From Candidatus Limadaptatus stercorigallinarum (GTDB lineage Bacteria > Bacillota > Clostridia > Christensenellales > CAG-917): a DNA stretch of 38,862 nt. Every line of letters begins with the position of its first letter. The first letter of the stretch is position 1. The DNA is taken from contig DVMN01000059.1 in the NCBI GenBank assembly GCA_018714975.1, forward strand, positions 1 through 38,862. Direction: 5' to 3'. This document shows, piece after piece, positions 17,299 through 26,400 of the stretch. Made by a program: the position numbers and the translations under genes. The notes beneath the pieces are model-generated. The model had not been told where the DNA came from and ran no database searches. It saw nothing but the letters and a program-made list of their open reading frames with translations.

Positions 17299-19035
17299 AT
17301 GTCTAACAAACCCTACAAAGATTTCGAGCCCAAGTGGATTACCGACCCGCCCGTCGAAAAGAGCTACCGTTCCATTATGAAATGGGGCGACCCCGCGGCT
17401 TACAAACGCCCGAAAGAGGGGCTGTACAAGCTCATCAAACAGACTTTCAACCTCACCGACGACGATTTCAAGGAAATGGTGGACGTCGGCAACGAAGTCG
17501 TGGATTTCAAGGCGCCGTCCCGTCTTACGGACGCACAGCTCGACGAGCTGCGCTCCATAGTGGGCGAGGACAACGTCACCACGGACGAGTTCAAACGCAC
17601 GCAGGTCTGCTACGGCAAGACTATGATTGACATTATGAGGCTGAGGAAGGGCATTGTTGAAAACCTGCCCGACGTCGTCGTCTATCCTTCCACTACGGAG
17701 GATATGGAAAAGCTCATAGCGTTCTCAAAGAAGCACAAAGTGTATCTTTACGTCTATGCGGGCGGCAGCAGCGTCACGCGCGGCACCGAGTGTATGTGCT
17801 CGCCGAATATGATTCTGGACCTCAGAAAGAATTTCAACAAGGTCATAGCTTTCAACGAGGTCAACCAGACCATCACCGTCCAGCCCGGTATCAGCGGACC
17901 CGAACTCGAAAAGATACTCAACAACGCGCCCGAAAACTTCGGCGCGGCGCACCGTCTCACCTGCGGGCATTTCCCGCAGTCGTTCGAGTACAGCTGCGTG
18001 GGCGGCTGGGTGGTCACCCGCGGCAGCGGTCAGAACTCGACCTACTACGGCTGCGCGGCGGACCTGGTGCTTTGCCAGGAATACGTCACCCCGATAGGCA
18101 GGATACGCACCGACTCCGCGCCCAGAAAAGCGACCGGTCCCAACATCGACCAAATTATGATGGGCAGCGAGGGAACATACGGCATTCTGACCGAAGTGAC
18201 GCTTAAAGTGTTCAAAAAGTCCGCTAAACACCGCAAATTCTCGTATATGTTCCCCACTTGGGAGGACGGTATGGCGGCAATGCGCGAGGTGATGCAGGGC
18301 GAATTCGGCTATCCTTCCGTGTTCAGACTCTCCGACGCGGAAGAGACGGATATGATGATGCATATGTACGGCATAGCCGACAGCCCGCTCAACGCTTTGC
18401 TCGCTGCGAAAGGCTTCAAGCCCAGCCAGAGATGTCTGCTGCTCGGCTTTGCGGACGGCGAGGACGGCTTGCAGCGCAACATAGTCAAGAATGTCCGCAA
18501 AATCGCCCACAAGTACAACGCGATGTCCCTTACGGGTTACGTCACCACGTCCTGGGAGCACGGCAGGTTCTCCGACCCCTATATGCGCGACACCATTCAG
18601 GACTACGGCATCATCATCGACACGCTGGAATGCGCGGTCAACTGGGACAATATGGCGCAGGTGCACCGCGACGTGCGCAAGGCTGTCAAGGCGTGGCCCA
18701 ACGCAATCTGCACCACGCACATCTCCCACAGCTATCCGCAGGGCGCCAACCTTTACTTCATTTTCGTCATAAAGACGACCGACCTCGAAGAGTTCAAGCG
18801 CTATCATTCCACAATCCTCGAAGCCATAATGAAATCCGGCGCGGCGCTGTCGCACCATCACGGAATAGGCAAGCTCTTCGCGCCCTTCCTCGAAGGCTCG
18901 ATAGGCACGGAACAGCTCAACGTTTACAAGGCGCTGAAACACTATTTCGACCCCGACGGGCTACTCAATGCGGGCGGCACGCTCGCGCTTGACGGCAAGC
19001 TGAACGTGGAAGGTCAATTCCGTTCCGACAAGTAA
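17299..19035 (+). CDS. FAD-linked (PCMH-type) oxidase resembling alkyldihydroxyacetonephosphate synthase (AGPS)
   Basis: AAAGGAG precedes ATG 17299. FAD-binding segment VVYPSTTEDMEKLIAFSKKHKVYLYVYAGGSSVTRG, an N-terminal extension with IMKWGD, and SHHHGIGK (HHH codons 18853-18861) as in the AGPS His-His-His loop rather than the EHGxG of GlcD/D-LDH. Confidence 0.65.
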   Translation: MSNKPYKDFEPKWITDPPVEKSYRSIMKWGDPAAYKRPKEGLYKLIKQTFNLTDDDFKEMVDVGNEVVDFKAPSRLTDAQLDELRSIVGEDNVTTDEFKRTQVCYGKTMIDIMRLRKGIVENLPDVVVYPSTTEDMEKLIAFSKKHKVYLYVYAGGSSVTRGTECMCSPNMILDLRKNFNKVIAFNEVNQTITVQPGISGPELEKILNNAPENFGAAHRLTCGHFPQSFEYSCVGGWVVTRGSGQNSTYYGCAADLVLCQEYVTPIGRIRTDSAPRKATGPNIDQIMMGSEGTYGILTEVTLKVFKKSAKHRKFSYMFPTWEDGMAAMREVMQGEFGYPSVFRLSDAEETDMMMHMYGIADSPLNALLAAKGFKPSQRCLLLGFADGEDGLQRNIVKNVRKIAHKYNAMSLTGYVTTSWEHGRFSDPYMRDTIQDYGIIIDTLECAVNWDNMAQVHRDVRKAVKAWPNAICTTHISHSYPQGANLYFIFVIKTTDLEEFKRYHSTILEAIMKSGAALSHHHGIGKLFAPFLEGSIGTEQLNVYKALKHYFDPDGLLNAGGTLALDGKLNVEGQFRSDK

Positions 19036-19055
19036 TCACGCCTTACGAAAGGCAG

Positions 19056-19086
19056 AAGGACGCGGTGCGCCGCGTCCTTTTCTTTT
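19056..19086 (+). terminator. Intrinsic terminator closing the five-gene operon
   Basis: AAGGACGCGG (19056-19065), loop TGCG, CCGCGTCCTT (19070-19079), then TTCTTTT. Confidence 0.8.
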
Positions 19087-19210
19087 GCGGGCGGAAGCGT
19101 TTCCGCCTCCCGGTTGCGCGCGGTTTTCGGCGGCTTCCGCAAATCCGTGCGGCGGAGGGCGGAAATTGCGGGAAAGGTACGCGCGCGGGAATTGCGGCAT
19201 ATAATTCAGT

Positions 19211-20659
19211 ATGCCTGAACTCGACGGGGAAAGAGTGCATTTCATAGGTGCGGGCGGCGCGAGTATGAGCGCGCTTGCCGAATACTGCCTGCTTTCGGGC
19301 GCGGAGGTGACGGGCAGCGACAGAACCTTCGGCGAGAATATGGAAAAACTTGCGGCGCTCGGCGCAGAGGTTTATACGGGAGCGCGCAGGGACATAATCG
19401 CGAGGGCGGGCGTCGTCGTTTATTCTTCCGCGGTGCCCGAAAGCGATACGGAACTGTCCGCCGCGCGCGCTATGGGAAAGCGCGTGACGGAGCGCCACGA
19501 GTTTCTGGCGGAAATCGCGTCGGGGTTTTCCGTCGTCGCAGCGGTGAGCGGCACGCACGGGAAAACCACGGTGACGGCGATGACGGCGCATACTCTCAAA
19601 GCGCTCGGCATACCTTTCGTCGCGCATATAGGCGGCGAACCCGTGGGAATGGGCAATCTGACCGTGCTGCGCGAAAAGGACGGAAGTCTGCCGCGCGGCA
19701 TATTTCTGACGGAAGCGTGCGAATTCGGACGTCATTTACTTGCGCTTGCACCCTCCGTCGCCGTCGTCACTAATATGGAATGCGACCATCCCGACTGTTA
19801 TTCCTCCTCCCGCGAAGTCCACGACGTTTTTGCGAAATTTGTCGAAAAGTGTCCTCTCACGATAGTCCGTGCCGAGGACGCTTTCATATGTTCGGGTGCG
19901 CATACGGTCATACGGGAAACCTGCGGCACACCGTGCGGCGAACTCTACGGCGGAAAAAGCACGGCGCACGGCGGCTGTACGGGCGGAAACGCGGGGGAGA
20001 AAGAGTGTTCCCGTATGCCCGTATGCACATATACGCTTTCGAGAGTTCTCGAATGGGAGAGCGGGCAGACGGACGCACTCTCCGACGGCACGCATACGGC
20101 GGGATTTACTCTGCCGTTTGCGGGCGCGCATTATGCGGCGGACGCGGCGTTCGCAGTTGCGCTTGCCGTCGCGCTCGGAGCGGACTTCGGAAAAGCGTGC
20201 GGAGCGCTGTCATCTTTTGGCGGGGTGAAGAGAAGATACGAAAGAGCGGGGACGCTGCACGGAGCGGAAGTGATTTTCGACTATGCCCACCATCCGACAG
20301 AGCTCAGGTGCGCCCTGCGCACGGCGGACGCGGGCGGCAGGACGCTTGCGGTTTTTCAGCCGCATACATATTCCCGCACGGCAAGTTATATGGCGGATTT
20401 CGTCGAGGTGCTCGGCAGCAGAAAAGAGGTGGTGCTGCTGCCCACATACGCGGCGCGGGAGCGCGGGACGCAGGGCGCGTCAAGCGCGGATTTGGCGGCC
20501 GCGATTTCGGAAAAATATCCGGAATGCAAAGTTTATCTCGCCGTTTCGCACGATGACGCGTGGAATTATGTCGAAAACAACGCTTCGCGCTTTGACAAAA
20601 TCCTTATGCTCGGAGCAGGCGATATATACGACCTCAGAAAGCGTCTGCACAGGGAGTAG
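19211..20659 (+). CDS. murC: UDP-N-acetylmuramate--L-alanine ligase
   Basis: HFIGAGGASMSALAEY...GSD..., AAVSGTHGKTTVTAMTAH (P-loop), DYAHHPTE, FQPHTYSRT. Carries a ~60-aa Gly/Cys-rich insertion (RETCGTPCGELYGG...ECSRMPVC). No obvious SD; TATAAT at 19200-19205 lies just upstream. Confidence 0.88.
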   Translation: MPELDGERVHFIGAGGASMSALAEYCLLSGAEVTGSDRTFGENMEKLAALGAEVYTGARRDIIARAGVVVYSSAVPESDTELSAARAMGKRVTERHEFLAEIASGFSVVAAVSGTHGKTTVTAMTAHTLKALGIPFVAHIGGEPVGMGNLTVLREKDGSLPRGIFLTEACEFGRHLLALAPSVAVVTNMECDHPDCYSSSREVHDVFAKFVEKCPLTIVRAEDAFICSGAHTVIRETCGTPCGELYGGKSTAHGGCTGGNAGEKECSRMPVCTYTLSRVLEWESGQTDALSDGTHTAGFTLPFAGAHYAADAAFAVALAVALGADFGKACGALSSFGGVKRRYERAGTLHGAEVIFDYAHHPTELRCALRTADAGGRTLAVFQPHTYSRTASYMADFVEVLGSRKEVVLLPTYAARERGTQGASSADLAAAISEKYPECKVYLAVSHDDAWNYVENNASRFDKILMLGAGDIYDLRKRLHRE

Positions 20660-20708
20660 GGACGGCAAGGGACGGAAAGCCCGCCCGCGAACGCCGCGCC
20701 GCCGCCCG

Positions 20709-21086
20709 TCAGATGATGTCGGCGGCGTTGAAGTCGAGGATGTTGCGGATGTTTTTCGCCATTGTGAGCAGGGACTGACATTTGCTCAATGCGTTCATAT
20801 CGTCGCCGCATTCCAGCGAGCCTTCCGTTTCCGCAAGCGCGACGGAAAACGCGCGCATATCGGGGGACCAGGTGTAAAGCTCCATCCCCGCGCGCTTGTC
20901 TTCCCACCACGCGGTCAGTTCCTTGACCTCGTCCAAAGCGTTGTCGTCGGGGCTTTTGATTGCGGTTTCCAAGGCGCACAGCCGCGCTTCGAGTTCGTCG
21001 AATGTTTTGTTCGCCGCCACGGATTCCAGCACTCCGGCTACAATGATGACGGCGAGTATCACGACGGCGATGACGAGTCTTTTCAC
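20709..21086 (-). CDS. DUF4363 family protein
   Basis: A single N-terminal TM, then LEARLCALETAIKS...ELTAWWEDKRAGMELYTWSPDMRAFSVALAETEG, typical of DUF4363. GTG start with GAGGAGG 7 nt upstream. GTGA overlap with the DUF421 gene, its usual partner. Confidence 0.65.
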   Translation of the reverse strand: MKRLVIAVVILAVIIVAGVLESVAANKTFDELEARLCALETAIKSPDDNALDEVKELTAWWEDKRAGMELYTWSPDMRAFSVALAETEGSLECGDDMNALSKCQSLLTMAKNIRNILDFNAADII

Positions 21087-21796
21087 TTGTTTTCCTCCTC
21101 ACGCGGGAACGCCACCGTCATACTGTCGCCGACGTAGGGCTGCACGAAGACTTCGTTGCCCGTGACGAGCAGCAGCAGCACGTCGGACTGTTTCATCCCC
21201 AGGGTGTCGAGGAGTTTCAGCACGCGTTCCTTGCCGACGTCCGGCAGTCCTTTCATATTCGCACCCATAAAATTGCCTTCCATCACGATGGTGACGGGCA
21301 TATCGGCAGGCTCTGTTTTCAACGACACGTCGGACGGGGTGAGCGGTTTGAACTGAGATTTGGGCAGCACGGTCATACTGCCGTTGGTTTCGATGATGGC
21401 ATACTCCACCTCGCCGGGATTGAAATAGCCGCTGCTGCGCAGGGATTCCAGCATATCGTCTATGTTCATATTGAGCTCTTTGAGCACGTCGGGGAGCAGA
21501 TTGCCTTTTTCGATGACCACTATGGGTTTGCCGTTGAGCAGTTTGCGGAAGCGCAGGCTGCCCGACGCGAGTTTCGTGATTATGATGTGCACGACAAAGA
21601 GGGTGAAGACGGGAATGATGCCGTAGATTATGGGTATGGTGGGGTCGCTCATCGGGATGCAGGCGAGCTCGCTCGCGACGAGGGTTATGGCGAGTTCGAA
21701 GGGCTGCAATTCGCCCAGCTGCCGCTTGCCCATAAGGCGCATCGCAATGAGCAGAAAGAAATAGATGACTATACAGCGCACAAAGAGGTTCAGCAT
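21083..21796 (-). CDS. DUF421 (YetF-like) membrane protein
   Basis: IVIYFFLLIAMRLMGKRQLGELQPFELAITLVASELA is the conserved DUF421 N-terminus, followed by a C-terminal soluble domain. Confidence 0.8.
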   Translation of the reverse strand: MLNLFVRCIVIYFFLLIAMRLMGKRQLGELQPFELAITLVASELACIPMSDPTIPIIYGIIPVFTLFVVHIIITKLASGSLRFRKLLNGKPIVVIEKGNLLPDVLKELNMNIDDMLESLRSSGYFNPGEVEYAIIETNGSMTVLPKSQFKPLTPSDVSLKTEPADMPVTIVMEGNFMGANMKGLPDVGKERVLKLLDTLGMKQSDVLLLLVTGNEVFVQPYVGDSMTVAFPREEENK

Positions 21797-21824
21797 AGGG
21801 CTATTTTGCCGCTATGCCGTGCTT

Positions 21825-23336
21825 TTATGCGCGCGTCCGTGCCCTCTGCCTGCGCGGGAGCACCATAGAAAGGAACGCTCTCACGTCCACTATCCCGAAC
21901 ACGGTCACGAACACCGCGAAGAATGCGAACATAACGGCTGCGATGAGGATGATGGTCACCGTATTGCCCAGATACGGCGAGAGCAGATTGGTGAGGAAAA
22001 GCCCCAGCACCGCAAGCGGAACGGAGAAAGAGCACACTCCGAATATTTTCCCCAGTCCCTGCGGTCTGCCCAGCCTGCGTATGAGGAAGACGGAGTTCAC
22101 CGCCGCTGTGACGGCAAATCCCACGCCGCTCGCGACCGCCGCGGCGTAAATGCCTATCACCTGCGGCAGGAAGAAAATGCAGGGCAGGGAGCAGACGAGC
22201 CCGCAGATGTAGCCCGCGAAAGAGTATTTTTCCATTCCGAGAGAGTTCAGCACGGGCGTGGTGATGTTTCCGAGCGCGAGTGGGAAAATTATGACCGCGG
22301 CGTAGGAAACCAGCTTGCCCGCTTCCTCGTCGCCGAAGAAGAATTTGCCCAATTCTCTGCCGAGGGGGACGTACGCCGCGAAGAATGCCGACGCGACGAT
22401 TGCCGCAAACAGCAGCGCGGTGCGCAGTTTTGCGCGGATTTCGGCGTAATCGCCCTTGGACGCGAGTTCGGCAAGGTCCGGGATAAGCACGACGGAGAGC
22501 GCAGAGATTATTGTCACGGGCGCCATTATGAGAGGTAGCGCCATACCTGCCACCCTGCCGTACTGCGCCGTGGCGACCGCGACGGACATCCCGCCCGCAA
22601 CCAGTTGTCTGGGGATGACCAGCGCCGAAAGAGAGGCGGAAAGGGAAGTGAGTATGCGCACCGCGGAAAGGGGCAGGGTCGATGTGACGAGTTCTTTTGT
22701 CCCCTGCGGTTTCGCGAAGCGTCCGCCCGCCTTGAAAAAGATGATGAAGAGCACCAGCACGGACACGGCGTCGGAGAGCACCAGCGCGAGCGCAACGCCC
22801 GCCGCTCCCGTAAGCGTAGCGAAAAATCCGCCCGCGAACAGCATCGCGAAGCCGATTTTCAACACTTCGTCCACGAGTTCGAGGGAGGAGAAAGTCAGAA
22901 AGTTCTTGCGTCCCCAGAACCAGCTCCGCAGGGGCGCATACAGCGACGACGTGACGAGCGCGGGAAGCATAATGAGGAATATGGGCACACAGCGTTCGTC
23001 CGCAAACAGCCCGCCGAGGTGGTCCGAGAGCGCAAGGAAAAGCACGCATATGGCGACGGACGAGCCTAGTCCTATGAGCAGAGAAGCGGTGGTGAGCGCG
23101 TTCTGCCTTTTCGTGTCGCCGCGCGCCGCGCATTCCGCCACTTTGCGGGAGAGCACCGTGGGCGCGCCCGCCGTAAAGGAAAAGAGGAGCAGCAGGACGC
23201 TGAACGCAATCTGATAGACGCCGACCGCTTCCGCTCCGAGAGTGCGGGACATCCAGATTTTGAAGAGGAAAGACAGCAGCCTTGTCACCACCGCAAATCC
23301 CGTAACTATCGAAAAAGATTTTACCGTTCCGTTCAA
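21825..23336 (-). CDS. MOP-superfamily flippase (MurJ/SpoVB-like polysaccharide biosynthesis protein)
   Basis: About 14 TM segments. The N-terminus VKSFSIVTGFAVVTRLLSFLFKIWMSRTLGAEAVGVYQIAFSV matches the SpoVB/MurJ-like pattern. I prefer TTG 23336 as the start (GAGG 7 nt upstream). The ORF-track ATG 23426 would overlap the upstream terminator. Confidence 0.7.
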   Translation of the reverse strand: MNGTVKSFSIVTGFAVVTRLLSFLFKIWMSRTLGAEAVGVYQIAFSVLLLLFSFTAGAPTVLSRKVAECAARGDTKRQNALTTASLLIGLGSSVAICVLFLALSDHLGGLFADERCVPIFLIMLPALVTSSLYAPLRSWFWGRKNFLTFSSLELVDEVLKIGFAMLFAGGFFATLTGAAGVALALVLSDAVSVLVLFIIFFKAGGRFAKPQGTKELVTSTLPLSAVRILTSLSASLSALVIPRQLVAGGMSVAVATAQYGRVAGMALPLIMAPVTIISALSVVLIPDLAELASKGDYAEIRAKLRTALLFAAIVASAFFAAYVPLGRELGKFFFGDEEAGKLVSYAAVIIFPLALGNITTPVLNSLGMEKYSFAGYICGLVCSLPCIFFLPQVIGIYAAAVASGVGFAVTAAVNSVFLIRRLGRPQGLGKIFGVCSFSVPLAVLGLFLTNLLSPYLGNTVTIILIAAVMFAFFAVFVTVFGIVDVRAFLSMVLPRRQRARTRA

Positions 23337-23420
23337 TTTGTCGCCTCGAAGGAAAATATATGCCGCGGCGGCGGAATAAATTCGCGCGCCGAAGCGACTG
23401 TCGCGGCGGATTCGGCGGCA

Positions 23421-23451
23421 AAACAAAACCCCTGCCGCGGGGGCAGGGGTT
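23421..23451 (-). terminator. Intrinsic terminator of the giant surface-protein gene
   Basis: On the minus strand: AACCCCTGCC, loop CCCGC, GGCAGGGGTT, then TTTGTTTTG (plus-strand stem arms 23427-23436 and 23442-23451). Confidence 0.75.
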
Positions 23452-23468
23452 CGTTTTAACGGTCACGG

Positions 23469-26400
23469 TCATTCGTTGAAGTTGTCGTAATCGTTCTTCT
23501 TCTTGTTGACGTTGGACGCGGACACGTTGTCCGTGGGTTCGTCCGTGGTCTTCTTGGTGAACTTCTTCTTGTACTTCCTCACATAGAACACCACCACGAC
23601 CGCTATAATGGCAAGTCCGATGACTATGGTCGGAATCATCCACCACAGGTTGTCGAGGTTGAAGGTGGCGGAAGGCACGTCGGTGTTGTCGTCGTCGCCG
23701 TCCGTCGCTCCCTGTTCGCCCTCTTCGGGGATGGTGTAGTTGAGATAGGTGCCGTAGCCCTCTTCGCCTTCGCCGGGCATCGCTTCGACCGCTTCGTTGT
23801 AGTCGTTCACGTCGCCGATGACTTCGATGGTGACCGCGTCGAAGAACGCATAGCCGCTGACGAGTTTGCTTTCGTCGTCCGCGTCATAAATGCCGAGTCC
23901 GAGGCGCACCGACACGTCCGTCACGTCCGTGGAGGGAGCGAGGATATAGAAAGTGTATTCGCTCCAACCGTCGCCCGTGTTGATGTTCTCGAAACGCAGA
24001 GGTTCGGCGTCGTCGCTGTCGGAAGAGCCGAGATATATCTCGATGTAGGCGCCGCGGTCGTCCGCCGCCGTGAACACGTTGTCGTCGCCGACGTGACCTA
24101 TGCCGTAAGTGAACACGCGGACGCTTATCTTGTAGGCGACTTCCGCGGTCAGGGTATATCCGTCGGAGCCGTAGCGGTACGCGCTGTCCAGCATATTGTT
24201 GATGACGAGCACGTTGTCGCCGTCGACGAAACCTTCGGGGAAGACGTCGAGCGGGAGCATCCTGTCGGCTATCGCCCGCGCGAGTTTGGCTTCCTTTATC
24301 GCGTTGGTTGCGGCGAGGATATTCGCTTCGGAGTCGTCGCCGCCGAAGTTGTCGCGGATATATTCGTCGATTTCGGCGTCTGTCGCCGTGAAGTCGTCCG
24401 CGGTGAGTTCGGGACCGAGGCCGACGATATAGTCGCCGTCGGTGGAGAAGTCGCTCGTGTCAAGCACGCCCGCGTTGGTGTTGTCGCGGTCCTGGTCGGT
24501 GCCGACGGAGCTGGTCCAGCCGTTGGGAGAGGTGAGGTCGGTGGTGTCTTCCTCTTCGTCGTCGGTGGAGGTGCTTTCCTCCATCGTGTCGAAGCTGTCG
24601 GTGAAGAAGGAGATTCTCTTCACTTCCTCATACGGTTCGCCGTTGTAGGCGGCGGGGGTGTAGTCTTCGATTTCCTGTTCCGTAAGACCTTCGTGCATCG
24701 TGACGGAGTCGAAGAGGACTATGCCCGTCGAAGTGACCTCATCCTGTCCGGTTATGCCGGAGTTCTGCCCCAGCCACAGACCGAGGCGCAGGGAAACGTC
24801 GGTGAGACCGACCTCGATGTTGAAGGTGTATTTATGCCACTCGCCGTCGCCCGTGAACGCGAAGTAGAGAGTGTCGCCCTCCTCGCCGTCCACGAGGGAG
24901 CCGGACGCTTCGCCTTGCAGGAATATCATTCCCTTCGTGCCGGTCTCCGCTTTCGCCCACACGCTTACGGAGTAGTTGGTGGAGGCGGAAAGAGTGAAGC
25001 TGTCGGAGAGATAGCCCGCCGCAAAGTCCGCGCCGTTTTTGCCTGCAATGGCAAGCAAAGAGGGAGCGCCTTGCGCTTCAACGGGGGAGTTGGCGTAAAT
25101 GTTGTTGAAGAAATCGGTGTAGCTGTCGCCGAAGAGGGCGTCTGTCTGAGGGCTGCCGCCCCAGCTGCCCGCGCCTTTTTCTTCGAGTCTGATGACGCCG
25201 CCGACAAAGTCCGCATTGTCTTTCAGGCTGCTGTTGCTCAGGGTCCAGCTTTCGGGCACGCCTGCGACGTCGCCGCCTTGCAGAGTGCCGTCGCCCGCGG
25301 TTATCGCGTCTTCCATTTCGTCGAAGTCGACGTTGTCGAAAGAGCCGTTGTCAAAGGAGCCGCTCACGGAGGTGGAGAGGTCGGATTTGGCGATATAAGT
25401 GCCCGCCGTCGCGTCCGAGAAGTCGGAGTAGGTGACGTCAATCATACTCATATTCGCAAAGTACGCCGCGCCGCTCGCAAGCGTGGAGGACTCCCATCTC
25501 GTGCCGGAGCCGAGTGCGAATTCCAGCCACACTTTCGTCGTCCCTTCGCCGGAGCCTTTGATGTAGAAGGTGTATTCGGACCAGCCGTTGTAGGTTTCCA
25601 CTTCCGCGGTGTTGACCGCCGTGAAGGAGGAAAGCGTCGTTTCGCCGGACTCGTTTTCTTCGTCCTCGTAGGATTTCAGATACAGATACGCGCCGGAGGT
25701 GTCTTTCACGCCGTCCGTCTTCACCCATACGCTTATGGCGTACGCCCTGTTCGCCTTTATCTCGATGATGTCGGACTTCATCGTGAACGCGGTATCCTGC
25801 GTCGCGCGTATCATAAGCCCGGTGTTTGCGACGGTGTCATAGGGCAGACCGGGGGCGGTAAGACCGCGAGAGGTGAAGTAATCCTCCGCGTCGAGATAGA
25901 CCGTGCCCGCGGTGACCATATCGGGAGTCGCCACGGGGGCGTCGGTGTCGTCGTCCTCCGCAGCTTTATGTTCCCATCCCGAAGGAGTGCCTTCCGTGTC
26001 GCCCGCGAATTCGTCGCTGCTGCCGCTGCCGGTGCGGAAATCGCCGAAAATGGTGCCGTGCGTATTGTCGCCGCCGTCGTCGGTCATAAAGTAGCTGTCG
26101 GAAGAGAGGTCGACGGAAATTGCGGTGTAGTCCGTGCCGCTGACGTCGACGGAATAGCCGCCGTCTTTGCTCACGGCAGTGCCCGCGCCCTCGACGGCTT
26201 CGTCGTACGCACCCTGGTCCGCAAACTCGGTGAGCTTCACGTCATCGAAGAAAGCCCAGCCGGAAGAGAAGGTGCCGTCCGCAGTGTAAGTGGTGCGCGA
26301 AGTGCCCGTCGCGGAAGTGGAAGAGTAATAGGTGTAGGTGGCTTTCGTGTTGTCTTCCGCGTCACCCGTGCCCAGCCACAGCGTCAGATTGTAGGACATA

